Shown: piece by piece, positions 14,403 to 26,561 of the stretch
Layout of the letters: every line of letters begins with the position of its first letter
How positions within the stretch are numbered: position 1 is the stretch's first letter
Source: Octopus vulgaris
Taxonomy: Eukaryota
Assembly: GCA_951406725.2 (NCBI GenBank)
Contig: OX597817.1
Location: forward strand, 2,418,001-2,482,000
Direction: 5' to 3'
DNA: 64,000 nucleotides
Made by a program: the position numbers and the translations under genes
Notes under the pieces: model-generated
What the model was told of the DNA's origin: nothing
Databases searched by the model: none
Seen by the model: the letters and a program-made list of their open reading frames with translations, nothing else

Positions 14403-14620
14403 AGGCAGAGAGCTTCTAGAATTAACAGAACGTCGTAAAAAATGTGCTTTGTGTTTTTTCTTCTGGCTAAATATGTTCCGAGCTCGAATCTCGCCATGGT
14501 CAACTTTGTCTTTCATTCTTCCAAAGTCAATAAATGAAAGTACTAGTGAAGTAGTAGAGTCCATGATATCGAGCAATCCTCTTTTTTCAAAACAGTTCGA
14601 TTCGTGCCTAAATCTGTAAC
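14403..14620 (+). mobile_element. family A SINE, highly diverged
   Basis: ggcagagagcttctagaatt...ggtcaactttgtctttcattcttcc...aaagtactagt. Confidence 0.6.
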
Positions 14621-15149
14621 AATATATGTGATTTTATTTTTCGCAGCCGTACGGGCCTCACAAAAATTGTTCTACTATTTTGGAAATAAATGTTTATTTA
14701 TTCTCTAGGATACGATTTTAAATACAGCAAGCTAAAGGCCTGCAATATTTACAAACTGAGTTTACTGTTTTGGAAAAGAGAATTAAAATGGCCCTGCTGT
14801 CGGTTAGCCAGGCAGTCATTGTATTCACCTCCGCTCGTATGTTATTGTATGTCTGCTAACTTCTTAGGATTCAAGTTAAATATTTTAAATTTGGAATATT
14901 GCTTGTTTTTACAATGTCTTGTTCTGTAATTGTACAATTTTTATCGTACTCGTTATTTTGAACAATCTCGTTCATAGGGTTTCCATGGCTTCTCGTACGC
15001 CGAGCCAAAATTCCTCTCGTGTCGGTGGTCCTGCAATAATTTGTATTTTTCTATATCTTTTCTTTGGTATTTTTTCAGATTTGTAGACGAATTGTTTCCT
15101 TTTTCTTTTTCCCAAGACTCATCGTCGTTTTGTATATTATCTTCTATCT

Positions 15150-15694
15150 TTTATTTGTTTCAGTCATTAGACTGCAGCCATGCAGGGTGTCACCTTGAAG
15201 AATTCTTTAGTTGAACGAATACACCCTAGGACATTTCAAAACCTGGTGCTTATTCTGTCAGTTAATTTTGCCGAACCGCTAAGTTAGAGGGGCGTAAACG
15301 AAACAACACCTGTTGCCAAGAGATGTCGTAGGGGTGAGGAAGGAGAAACAAAGACATACGCACGCGCGCACACATATATGTATAAAAAAGATTGGCCAAA
15401 AGTCACCTGACAGCATATCAAAACTATTTAATTCCAAGATTTATTTATGTTTAACAACGGAATTGATGTAATGAAAGCATCTAAATATGAAACATCACGA
15501 AAATTGTTCAAACGGAAGTCCTTTTTGTACAATATAGAATTACTGATAGCATTTATGGAATTTTGATTTATTGTCAGGTGACTTTTGGTCGACCCTGAAA
15601 ATATGTGTGTGCGCGCGCGCGTGTGCGCGCGCGCGTGCGCGCGCGCGTGTGCGTGTTTGCGTGTCTGTGTCTGTGTCTGTGTGTTTATATGTGC

Positions 15695-15725
<31 letters not shown>

Positions 15726-15860
15726 GGCTTCTTTCAATTTCCATCTACCAAATCCACTCATAAGACCTTGGTCGCCCCGAGGCTACAGAAGAAGACACTT
15801 GTCCAAGGTGTTATGCAGTGTGTGACTGAAACCGAAACTATGTGGTTGGGAAGCAAACGT
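15150..15860 (-). mobile_element. family B SINE interrupted by a MITE
   Basis: ttgtttcagtcattagactgcagccatg...gccgaaccgctaagtt, then (after the insert) ggcttctttcaatttccatctaccaaatccactc...gaagacacttgtccaaggtg; matches the 41.5 kb copy. Confidence 0.8.
15386..15597. mobile_element. Tc1/mariner-type MITE
   Basis: TIRs ttggccaaaagtcacctgaca (15392-15412) and tgtcaggtgacttttggtcgaccctg (15572-15597), inserted in the SINE's internal TA tract. Confidence 0.75.
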
Positions 15861-16746
15861 CAGATTCTCCACTGTTTAGCGAGGATTACTTGTTTCAAGT
15901 GTTCTTTCATTTTGGTCGTCTCTTTTCTAGCATGATATAAGTCTATTATACTTGCCGTTCCTTCTTTTTCTCATATCAATATCATTTCACTATTGATTTT
16001 GTTAATGATTAAGCAATCTCTAATTTTCAATTTGTTTTTATTGTTTTGTTCTATTTTCTTTACTTCTGCTTTTGGTAATAAGTGCAAATATAAAGATGTA
16101 ACTACTTACCTTTGTAACTACAATGACTTATACATACACCATTTCATATTAACCTAGTTATATGGATGTTTATGTAATTTTCAATGAGTTTATGATTACC
16201 GGTTTCTCTTTATTGACATTGCTGTCGTATCGTTCATTACTATCCTTGGGAGGTATTTCCGTTCATCCGTAGGAAAATCTATTGTTTTTCTTTCTCATTA
16301 CCACTTTTAAAATGTCTTATAGTTAATTATTTCTCATATCAGTTTTTATTGATATTTTAAGTATTCGTTGGGTGTGTCATGGACGGGTTTTATTATATTT
16401 TGCTATTTACTTTCGTTTTGTAATTATTGGATAAATCTTCATTTACATTTTCAGTATTTCACCTTTGCTTGTTTTTTGTTTCCTGACTTTTCGTTTTGTA
16501 TCCTTTCTGTTAAGTGTTCTATTTCATACGTTTGATAGTCTGATTTCTATTTTTTAAAATTTTATTTATTTATTTTTGCATTTGAGATTTTATCGCTTTA
16601 AATTAGCTAGAGTAATGCTATTGTAAATTACTTTCAGGTTTGTTCTTTTTTTCTTGCTTCTTCGGTTCAGTTACTTGAGTAAAGTGTCTTCTATTATAGC
16701 CCCGGGCAAATCAAAGCTTTGATAGACGGAAACTGATAGACGGCAG

Positions 16747-16798
<52 letters not shown>

Positions 16799-16800
<2 letters not shown>

Positions 16801-17598
16801 TCTATAATTATAAGCATAATTATAATTAAGGTTCAGCAAAATTGCTTCACCACATACCGAAATTTAGAAATAGCAGTTAAATACTATTCCACTACCATAA
16901 AATATCTCCCAGACAGAAATACTCCCAACTCACGCAGGTAAAGAGAAAAAAAATAACGAATCCACCTGGCTTTGATCAACTATATACGCGTTTCTGGATT
17001 AAAGAGATGTAAGATTTTATTTTTACTCACTTATTCTCGTCTTCAGTATAGTATTTCAATTATAAATTTGAGAGTACTAATAATTAAAATACTCATTCGA
17101 TCAAACGCTATCGAATAGACAATATCCCAAAACCCAGTATTTCCGAACTTATACAGACGAGTGAGAACTCGCACTCTTCCCCAGTCACCCACGTGGAGCT
17201 ACGAGTAATCCCTCAGAAATTGCAATTTACTATCATCGAGTGAATTATATTATTAATAAGAATAAAGAGTAAAATTAATTAATAAATTAGTAATTGATAA
17301 TTTTACCAAGTAGTTCGGTATGTTAAAAGAACCATTATCGGTAACTTTATACTGCCAACTCACGCAGGTAAAGACAAAAAAGAGTATTGCTGTCTGGGAG
17401 ATATCTTATGGTAGTGGAATAGTATTTAACTGCTATTTTTAAATTTCGGTATGTGGTGAAGCAATTTTTGCTGAACCCTAATTATAATTATACTCATAAT
17501 TATAGAATTTTTGTATAAGGTTACCGATAATGGTTCTTTTAACATACCGAACTATTGGTAAAATTATTAATTATTAATTTATTAATTAATTTTACCCC

Positions 17599-17600
<2 letters not shown>
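16799..17600 (-). mobile_element. (TA)n-flanked Penelope pseudo-LTR-like cassette with inverted and direct repeats
   Basis: Arm A 16799-16924 is inverted at 17382-17508; arm B 17265-17352 is inverted at 17513-17597; a 20-mer is directly repeated at 16925 and 17355; contains a hammerhead. Confidence 0.7.
16979..17052 (-). ncRNA. type I hammerhead ribozyme
   Basis: ACUAUA-CUGAAGA-(45 nt stem II region)-GAAA-CGC-GUA-UAUAGU: 6-bp stem I, palindromic stem III ACGCGU, GUA cleavage triplet. Confidence 0.75.
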
Positions 17601-17632
<32 letters not shown>

Positions 17633-17726
17633 CTTGGAATTTACAGAAAAAAAAACAGAAGACGAAGGCAGGTGTATAAACAACAAACAGGAGTATTAGT
17701 TTAACGCTCGGGAGGGTGAGAAAGTC

Positions 17727-17760
17727 TTTTACGTTTCGTGCTTACGCTCTTCAACAGAAA
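17727..17760 (-). ncRNA. minimal hammerhead-like motif (variant core)
   Basis: UUU-CUGUUGA-A-GAGC-GUAA-GCAC-GAAAC-GUA-AAA; A6 substituted; related to the 33.9 and 38.5 kb motifs. Confidence 0.5.
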
Positions 17761-17814
17761 CGAAAGAGAGAGAATAAAAAGAAATGTGCAAATAATATTT
17801 ATAAGTCACTCGCA

Positions 17815-18012
17815 ACATCAAAGTCGCCGTTCCCTGTTACAACTAGTTTAACCCCAAGCAAATCTTACGCCAGTTGGCTATCAGTGCGACGCTGCACCTT
17901 TTATATACAGTATATAAAGGGCATAAAGGGTGCAGCGTCACACCGATAATCAGCTGGCGTAAGATCTGCATGGGGTTAAACTAGTTGTAACAGGGAACAG
18001 CGACTTTGATGT
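17815..18012. repeat. ~200 bp near-perfect fold-back
   Basis: acatcaaagtcgccgttccctgttacaactagtttaacccc...gacgctgcacctttta versus taaagggtgcagcgtc...ggggttaaactagttgtaacagggaacagcgactttgatgt. Confidence 0.92.
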
Positions 18013-18032
18013 GGAGACTAACTTTACTTGTT

Positions 18033-18103
<71 letters not shown>

Positions 18104-18104
18104 A

Positions 18105-18410
18105 GCCCTTCCTGTTTGTTTTCACTGTCCTGTTTGTGTTACCAATTTTGACCCTCCGCAAAATCCCAAATTTTATTTAATTTGCTTTGTGGGAGCAACT
18201 GTTTTATGGAAAGCGTATATTGTTGTCAAAAGCTCGAAATACGGGAGTAGAAAACAGCCAACGACTGATGAATGGTCGTTCTTTATGTTGTTTGTCTAGT
18301 TTAACATTTGTTTCTTTCGTTGTTCGAAAAAATAGTTCTTATTTCATGTACTCGTAATTCGTATTTTTTTGTTGTACACGTTTCATGACGTCCTGTGCCC
18401 ACATATGCAT
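18105..18410 (+). repeat. unclassified interspersed repeat, TA-flanked
   Basis: Homologous to 54010-54280 and, in its 3' part, to 53452-53560 (cactgtcctgttt...atcccaaattttattt...gctcgaaat...actgatgaa...gtcctgtacccatatat). Confidence 0.75.
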
Positions 18411-18476
18411 ATATATACGTATACATCTATGTATGTACATATACGTATGTATATATGCATATATATAACCATGAAC

Positions 18477-18510
<34 letters not shown>

Positions 18511-18686
18511 TAAGAAAGTTTGTTTGGTAAAGAACGTGGGTGAATATATAAGAAAATAGTAAAGTGTGAAAAAACGACAGAAGGCTTAAATGTTAAAAAA
18601 AATATATATATTTGTGTCAAAATGTCTGGAGAATATTGGAAAAATTTTTTTCCTTTCCTTAAAATGACATAATTTTAAAATTTTTA

Positions 18687-18726
18687 AAGAAATTACCGGT
18701 TTCGTGTGTAGCTTTTCAAATTTCTT
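18687..18726 (-). ncRNA. degenerate hammerhead in the 3' pLTR of the Penelope-like element
   Basis: AAGAAAU-UUGAAAA-GCUACACAC-GAAA-CCG-GUA-AUUUCUU: perfect 7-bp stem I, ACCGGU palindrome, CUGAnGA box mutated at 2 positions. Confidence 0.6.
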
Positions 18727-18861
18727 GTGACGTTATGTTTATATTGCATGGAGTTATCGTTGTGTTTATTTTCAGGAGATTTCTAAATAAGGGGAGGTAG
18801 TGAGTGATTTCTTCCGGTGTAAGGGAGATAATCGCTTAAAAATTTTTTTCCCTTTCCCTTG

Positions 18862-19554
18862 TTAATTTCTCTGTGTCAGTATGTTCGGATGGTTGAGTCT
18901 GGGTTTGTACTTTTCAATGAAGAATGTTTCCTTGTTCAGTCTCATTTGTGTTGATGATCCGAAAGCACATTGGTAAAATGGGAAGATTAAAAATTGTGGC
19001 AGTAGTTGCTTTGCGCATTTCTCAATGTGCTCACTAAAAGGTATCATTCTATATTCTGGGAATGCAATCTGTTGTCGATGCAGTGTGCATCTACGCCTGA
19101 GTGATAGTCCCGTGGAACCCACGTAGTCTTGGTGGCAGCCCGAGCATTTAATGACATAAATTATGTTTTCAGAGGCACAAGTAAAGTTAGATTTGATCTT
19201 GAATTTCTGTCCCTCTTTAAAGAAGAATTCTGATCCTTCCAATAGGTTAGGACATGTTGCACAGTTCGATCTACCACATTTTTTTACTTTTGCATCCGTA
19301 ATTTTAGAAGACAATTTTGCCTTTGTGAGAATCTTTTTAAGTGATTTAGGCTGTTTGTAGCTTTTAATGATTTGGTGTATGTTTAGAATTTCCTTTAATT
19401 TTGGGTTTTTATGAAGTATTGGTAAATTCTGGGTGATGATGGTGAAGGCTTCTTTGTTTCTGGGGTTGTATGTAGATATGTAAGGTAGTATTTTCGGAAA
19501 GTTCAACACAACAACACACCTTCCCCGAAAATCCTGGGTACCTGTATTTAACAA
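18862..19554 (-). mobile_element. Penelope-like element, 5'-truncated; linker Zn finger plus GIY-YIG endonuclease (Neptune-like)
   Basis: LPYISTYNP...KQPKSLKKIL...KCGRSNCATC...FTCASENIIYVIKCSGCHQDYVGSTG-LSLRRRCTLH...PFSEH...RLNKETFFIEKYKPRLN; RT absent. Confidence 0.9.
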
Positions 19555-19659
19555 GACTTGTTTTTATTATAACATTATATGTATGCATGTATTTATGTAT
19601 GTATGCATGTTTGTGTGTGTGTTTGTGTTTACGTGTTGCCCTCTGTTACGACTGCTCTG

Positions 19660-19865
19660 TTTACGCGTTACTTCTTCTGCTGCTTGGCAACCGATGTTAA
19701 TTTGTTAATATTCCCGGAACATAGCGGCTCGGCTGATAAGAGCAATAGAACCAGTACCAAGTTTTAAAAAATAAGCTTTTCAGTCGATTTCTTTGACTAA
19801 ACCCTTTAAGTCGTTTCCCAGCGCCACCTTGAAGGGTTCAATCCATTGAATGAAACAACTGAAAA
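19660..19865 (+). mobile_element. family B SINE 3' half, diverged
   Basis: gcttggcaaccgatgtt...tagcggctcggc...gtcgatttctttgactaaa...tgaatgaaacaa. Confidence 0.55.
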
Positions 19866-20189
19866 AAAAAGAAGAAAAAAGAAATATCGTCGTAGCTTTC
19901 TACTAGGGGTAGATTGTATTCGTAAAGTATGCAAATAATATATAAATGGATTTATTGCGGACACAGCTACATTTTTACTGTTTTCATTTCGACAGATGAG
20001 AAGAAAATTTCGGCACTTTATGTATGTTCACATCGTTTTTTCTGTATGCGGTTTTAGCGGGACAGCATTTTCGTAACTCTATGAATCAGATACGATGTAC
20101 GCATTCTTTTAACCTTAGCTATAAAAATGCAGTTTTAATTTGTATTACTTGCAGTTATTTTGCATGGGGTGCGGAACTTACCTAGTTCA

Positions 20190-20615
20190 GCTTTGACTTG
20201 TGGCCCGTATACCTATGTCCATGAGTGTTGGATACTTCTGCAGGCTCTATGGCAGAAGGAATAAAATCGCAAATACAAGCAGCCAGAAAGAGATTCCTCC
20301 GACGGATCTTGGGAGAAATGTTACTTGGCAGAGAGTGTAGCACGGAGATTATGGAATCTGTCCACGTCGAGTCGCTACGAATTGAGAAATTACAGATGCG
20401 GGATTAGGGACATGTGGTTAGAATGTCGTACGAAAGTATGGCAAGACGGAAGCCGAATCAACAGGCAGGAGACTTAACAGTAGACCAGAACGAGATGGTT
20501 GAGAATCCAACCGGAAAATCTAATGACGATTGCTCTTGATAGGATCTTATGGAGAAATAACTTGAAGATTCTACCCCTACAGCCCTCCTAGGAATAGCGG
20601 GCAAAGAAGATGGAA
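20190..20615 (+). mobile_element. RTE-clade LINE 3' fragment
   Basis: IKSQIQAARKRFLRRILG...STEIME...LRIEKLQMRD*GHVVRM, the typical RTE C-terminus. Confidence 0.7.
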
Positions 20616-20688
20616 GGAGACTTTGAGTATGAAAATTGGAACTACATTATCTATATAAAACAAAGTAGTAATAATATTCCAATTGTAA

Positions 20689-21716
20689 TCTCTCTATATA
20701 TAAAACTGAGAATGTGTGTCTATCTGTGTGTTACCCTAAAACTTGTGAACTACACAACCAATTTCATTCAAATTTTACACATGCCTTACTTAGGGTCCAT
20801 GTAGTTTCATGGGCAAAAAAATGTTCAACTTCTTTCCTAGAGGGAGCCCATAGCAATATCATATCTTCTCCACTATTTCAGTATTACGTGTTAAAAGTGA
20901 AACAAAAACGTTTCTCGATTTTATGTCAGATACTTTCACTTTAACAATAAAAATAATAATAACAATTGAATTATATGTAGTAAGTAATAATTAAAATCAT
21001 ACTAAAGTATAATATAATCGTAACATAACAAAAGTAAAAATAGCAATTGGTATAAAATTGCATCAATGACTTGAACTTGAGTAAGTGGTTTCACAGGAAT
21101 GGGAATAAATTAAAAATAAAATTAGCGTGCAGAAATAGAATAGTCCAGATGGATAATAAAAAATTAAATTAAAGAAAAGACTATTGTCTATAAAGTATAC
21201 AATGTAGAGAAAAAAAGATTTGAACACCTGGAGGAAAGCACCTTCGAAAAGTGTCTTGGTGTGACTATGAAAGATATCTAACCAGAGGCGGTAAATTCGC
21301 CACAATAGAAGCAAGGTTCGAGTCAACGGAGCGTGCAAGGGAGTACTCAACTCGAACTTTCAAAGTGGAAATATTTTATTTTTACCTTTATATTTGGGAC
21401 GTAGGACGTGCCGGATAAAAATTTTAAATGCCCCCCCCCCCCCAGAAGTTGATGTAGGCTGGATTGTAGCCACACTTCTATTGAAGAGGGAGGACGAGAT
21501 ACAATTGATCGAAATTGCAAGAGACGGGCTTACAATTCCAGTCTGTTATATATTTTGAGTATTGTTATTACTAGCGATATCAAGATATAACTTTGTATTT
21601 TGTATTTTATGTGTAGATGTATATATATAGATGTACATGTAATATGTACACATATATATACACATATATACATGCTCTAGCACTATGACCCGGCAACGAC
21701 GGGTCTTTAATGCTAG
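20689..21716 (+). mobile_element. non-autonomous Helitron-like element (boundaries approximate)
   Basis: 5' TCTCTCTATATATAAAACTGAGAATGTGTGTCT...ccctaaaactt; 3' hairpin GACCC-GGCAACGAC-GGGTC followed by tgCTAG|t at 21713-21716. Confidence 0.55.
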
Positions 21717-21803
21717 TATATATACAAAACCTAGAATGTGTGTCTGTCTGTCTATGTGTTTCCCTAAAACTTATGACCCGGCAACGACGGGTCATAATGC
21801 TAG
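21717..21803 (+). mobile_element. ~87 bp mini-Helitron
   Basis: 5' end of the same family (tatacaaaacctagaatgtgtgtctgtctgtc...ccctaaaactt) fused directly to the 3' hairpin and CTAG. Confidence 0.7.
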
Positions 21804-21880
21804 TCTAATATATTACACAGTTATCCTTCAACATTTTTCGCCATTTTAAAAATATTTTTGTTTATTATCTAATCGCTGTA

Positions 21881-22078
21881 AGACGGCGAGCTCACAGAAT
21901 GGTTACCTTTGCGCACAAAATGCTTAGCGGTTTTTCGACCCTCCTTATATTCCGAGTTCAAATTTCATCCTTTTGAGTCGATAGCATAAGTACCAGTTGT
22001 GCACTGGAGTCGATGTAATCGACTTAGCCCCTTTCCGAAACTTGCTGGCCTTGTGTACAAATTTGAAACAATTATTTC
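21881..22078 (+). mobile_element. family A SINE with internal deletion
   Basis: gacggcgagctcacagaatggtta...gagttcaaattt|catccttttgagtcgata...aagtaccagttgtgcactggagtcgatgtaatcgac. Confidence 0.8.
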
Positions 22079-22552
22079 ATCAAGGCTAATGGATATTATT
22101 CTGTCGCTGGTTGTTACAAAATGCGTCACTCTGATACTATCTCAGTCTTATAGTCAGAGCACAAGTGTCTGTGGGTTACTCGGTCACTTAAATCGTAATT
22201 CAATCGCTAAAGAGTTCAGTTGGTCGAGATGCTGGATTACCCAACGCCTAAACCGACAGTGACCCGTTTAATCTATGTCAATTTTAGGGAGTGTTTTCTT
22301 TTCGCAAAAATGTTCCATTATTGCAATATATATTGATGCCAACTTTAATTTTCACCATTTCCAGATAGCTTGATTTAGCGTCCCCGGGCTATGTAATTAA
22401 ACCGATAAATAAAATGACATGACGTTGTTGGGCGTATGCATGTCAGTATGTTGACGTGTGTATATGTACACGCAAATAATGGTTCATGGACTTATAATTC
22501 ACACGTATTTAAGTGTGTGAATGTGGCTGTCTGCATGCATAATAGCGCACTC

Positions 22553-22604
<52 letters not shown>

Positions 22605-22880
22605 GCATTTATGCAAGTTCACTTCACTTATCATATACATTAATATACGTGCATAAGTAATATTACACACGTACACATAAACACAACATATCAATATTCA
22701 TAGCTACATTGTGATACATGAAACTCAGATTCTCAGAAAACTGTTTTCGTTTTGTAGGCAGCAAAGATTTGCGGATTGGTAGTTGGATGTAAAGTACAGT
22801 GGAAAGAAACTCTGTGATATCCATGATAACAGGAAATTTGCCAGTGTAAGTGAAATCGAGAGCTCTGAGAAGTGAATGAC

Positions 22881-22881
22881 G

Positions 22882-22967
<86 letters not shown>

Positions 22968-22987
22968 TGATAATAATGATAATAATG

Positions 22988-23018
<31 letters not shown>

Positions 23019-23059
23019 TAATAATGATAATAATAATAATAATAATAATGATAATAATG

Positions 23060-23150
<91 letters not shown>

Positions 23151-23158
23151 TAATAATG

Positions 23159-23229
<71 letters not shown>

Positions 23230-23243
23230 TAATGATAATAATG

Positions 23244-23337
<94 letters not shown>

Positions 23338-23345
23338 TAATAATG

Positions 23346-23410
<65 letters not shown>
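22881..23410. repeat. ~530 bp (AAT)n array with periodic GAT interruptions
   Basis: Read directly; source of the poly-I/N/Y/L ORFs. Confidence 0.97.
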
Positions 23411-23412
<2 letters not shown>

Positions 23413-24058
23413 ATGCCTGTGTAACATGGAAAGAGACAGTGGCACACATTGTGGGAGAATGCATCAAGCTGGCACAGGAAGAATATAAGAAATGGAGGCA
23501 CGACCAGGTTGTAAAAGTTTTACACTGGAAACTGTGCCAGAAATAGAGAACCTGGAAACACGTGGTACAATCACCGTGTCGAAAGAGTACTGGTATGGGA
23601 GAAACGTAAGATTTTGCGGGACTTTCCTACTCAAACGGACAAGTTAGAAAATAATAGATCGAACATAATAATCATAGATAAGGAAAAGCAAAGTTGCTTA
23701 CTGATCGACCCATTTGATTCCAACATCATAAAGAAAGGGGACGAAAAAGAAATACGTTCTTTTAAAATTTGAAATAGAAGAAATTTGGAGCATGAGAACA
23801 GTAAAGGTAACACCTATAAAAATGGCGGGGGGTTGTACAGTAAACAAAAATATAGACACATGGCTGAAGGAGATGGCAATAGAGTGCCCGTTATATTTCC
23901 TACAGAACTTTTGTCCCTTACGAGCAGCAAGGTGTATCGGGAAGGTTCTAAGCATCTGAAAGACAGCTGAAAACTTCTGGATACGTAAGGTAACATGTAG
24001 TAAACCGTTACCCACATAAATCCTACCAGGAATAAGACCGGACCTGAGCCAAACCAAA
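23411..24058 (+). mobile_element. R4/Dong-clade (RLE) LINE 3' fragment
   Basis: ETVAHIVGECIKLAQEEYKKWRHDQVVKVLHWKLCQK (CCHC finger and RHD), then KILRDFP...NNRSNIIIIDKEKQSCLLID (PD-D/ExK nuclease); flanked by (AAT)n. Confidence 0.85.
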
Positions 24059-24082
24059 ATAATAATAATAGTAATAATAATA

Positions 24083-24146
<64 letters not shown>

Positions 24147-24149
24147 CAA

Positions 24150-24885
24150 CAACAGACAGAGAACAAAGATGGCTGTGGATGACTAAAAATGATTTAAAAC
24201 CAGAAACAAAGGCTCTAATCTGTGCTGCCCCAGAGCAAGCACTAAGGACAAACTACATAGAATACAGAATAGACAACATATCAGAAAGTGATAAATGTAG
24301 AATCTGTGGACAAAATGGTGAAACCGTATGGCATATTATCAGCTAATGTACACCACTAGCCCAGAAGAAATATAAAAGATGCCACGACATACAGCAAAGC
24401 TTGTCCATTGGACACTTTGCAACTAGTATGGACTTGACAGGGAAAAAAATTGGTACGACCACAAACCCGAAGACATCACCGAAAATGATAATGCAAAGAT
24501 CCTGTGGGGTTTTATGATTCAGTACAACCATGAGATAAAGACTAGGAAGCCAGGCATAGTCTTAATTGAGAAAGAAAACAAACTATGCTGGATCATAGAT
24601 AAAGCATGCCTAGCTGACAAGGTATGCGATAAGGAAGAAACAAAGTTGATAGATATGACAGGTTAGCTTGGAAGGTTAAGCAGTTGTGATCGATGAAGAA
24701 TGTGGTAGTTGTACCAATTATTGTCGGAGCCCTGGGAACAGTGAGTAAAAATCTCGAGATATGGTTGTGATGCATGTGCCTGTGTACCCTTATCAGATGG
24801 GTAGTAATGATGTGTTACTGGACATCGTATATTTTTCCCCACTGACACTTTGATGGTATGCACTGCTCTCTCACTCAATAAGAAT
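24150..24885 (+). mobile_element. second R4/Dong-clade LINE 3' fragment with 3' UTR
   Basis: WLW...LKPETKALICAAPEQALRTNYIEYRID...DKCRICGQNGETVWHII...AQKKYKRCHD...KILWGFMIQ...RKPGIVLIEK...PIIVGALGTV; the UTR matches 29913-30010 (- strand). Confidence 0.85.
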
Positions 24886-25194
24886 AATTGTGATAATGAT
24901 AAAAATAATAACAACAACAACAGTTTGTTTCAAATCGAACTCAGCTCTTGTTCGTTTTTAATCTGCTTGCATATATTTCTCAAACGTTCTCCAAATCCTC
25001 TCATCTAGTAGGTTGTATCGGTTTTAATTTAGAAACGGTTGATAGTAGTTGCGATACTGGATGTAGCTTTATAAACATGCTTTGAGCTTTATGACATACA
25101 AATGTATTCATAATTAATTTACGAATTTGTTTCACAATCTTAAGTGATAACGTTTGGTATCTAAAACGAACATACATATCAATATGCATAAGCA

Positions 25195-25199
25195 TCATA

Positions 25200-25249
<50 letters not shown>

Positions 25250-25330
25250 TATGTGTACGTATGTATATGTATTTGTATACATTTATGTCCATACACACAC
25301 ACACATATATATATATATATTATGTGTGTG

Positions 25331-25369
<39 letters not shown>

Positions 25370-25535
25370 GTGTATATATATATGCATATGTGTACGTATA
25401 TACATGTTTCTGTATATATATATATATATATATATGTGTATATATATATACATATATATATACGTATACATGATATGTATATGTATATATATATGCATAT
25501 GCACAAATCTGTGTATGTATTATGAATGTATATGC
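25195..25535. repeat. compound (TA)n/(TG)n microsatellite
   Basis: Read directly. Confidence 0.95.
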
Positions 25536-26481
25536 ACATGCATTTGCTTCATTGTGAGTGGGCATGTGTCTATTGATATGAACACGAAATATCGAATAAC
25601 ATCATTAGCATATGAACAGTGTAATTCAATGAATTATGTTTCAAAGAAAATTAAACTTAAATTCAATAGAAAGACGCGCTGTACTATGTAAATCAAGGCA
25701 TGAGTTTTAATTAAAGTTTCTAAATTAATGTCCAGTGATCAGCAATTTACATCAATAACAAAATATTTTTCTATATATTGTGAGGTTTCTTCTCTTTTCA
25801 GTCTGGGTTTAATAAATTCATAAGACAAGGCGAAAGGAGGTGGATAATGGTTAGCAATGCCATTAGAAATGACTATATCATGATATCATGAATTTTATAT
25901 GGTAAGGAATATGTTAATGGTAACTGCACAAATGAGATAAAAACGAAAAGACACACAGTAGAATAATGAGAACACTATTTCTAATTCTCTATTTCACCTT
26001 AAAGGCCATTTGCGTCGGTTATGTGAACAAAAACAAAAAAAATTAATAACAGACCGGATGTTAATGTCTGCTGGTGTTTAAGTAAGTGAACTTTACCTTC
26101 TCATATCCGGTATCATAAACTCGATGTAACAAATTAACCATTTGAAAAATGCTGATATCTTTTTAATTGCTATTAAGAATAAGAATATGTGATATTGTTA
26201 GCATTATTATTCTCATCATTAGTAATCACAATAATAACAATAATAACAATAATAAAACAACAACAACAACAACAATAACAATAACAAAAATAATAATCCT
26301 TTCATGTATAAATAACGAATGATACTGATTTAAGACGACATAATGTGTAAACGTGCGTCATAATACACATACCCGTGCACACACTTAATCATATGTATGT
26401 ATTTATGTATATATGTATATATGAAGGTATATATACACATATACATACATAAATATATGTGTGTATTTATACATGGATGTT

Positions 26482-26537
<56 letters not shown>

Positions 26538-26561
26538 CAAGAATGTGATTTCATGAGGACA

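Noticed and set aside
18228-18285. GAAA...CUGAUGA in the 18.1/54 kb repeat family (similar order at 45168-45203) as a permuted hammerhead
   Set aside because: I could not assign convincing stems I-III by eye; needs a covariance search on the family consensus
22663-23546. Long poly-I/L/Y/N ORFs
   Set aside because: Translations of the (AAT)n microsatellite
25001-25691. YI/CV-rich ORFs here and at 40.8-41.6, 48.2, 58-59 and 63 kb
   Set aside because: Translations of (TA)n/(TG)n microsatellites
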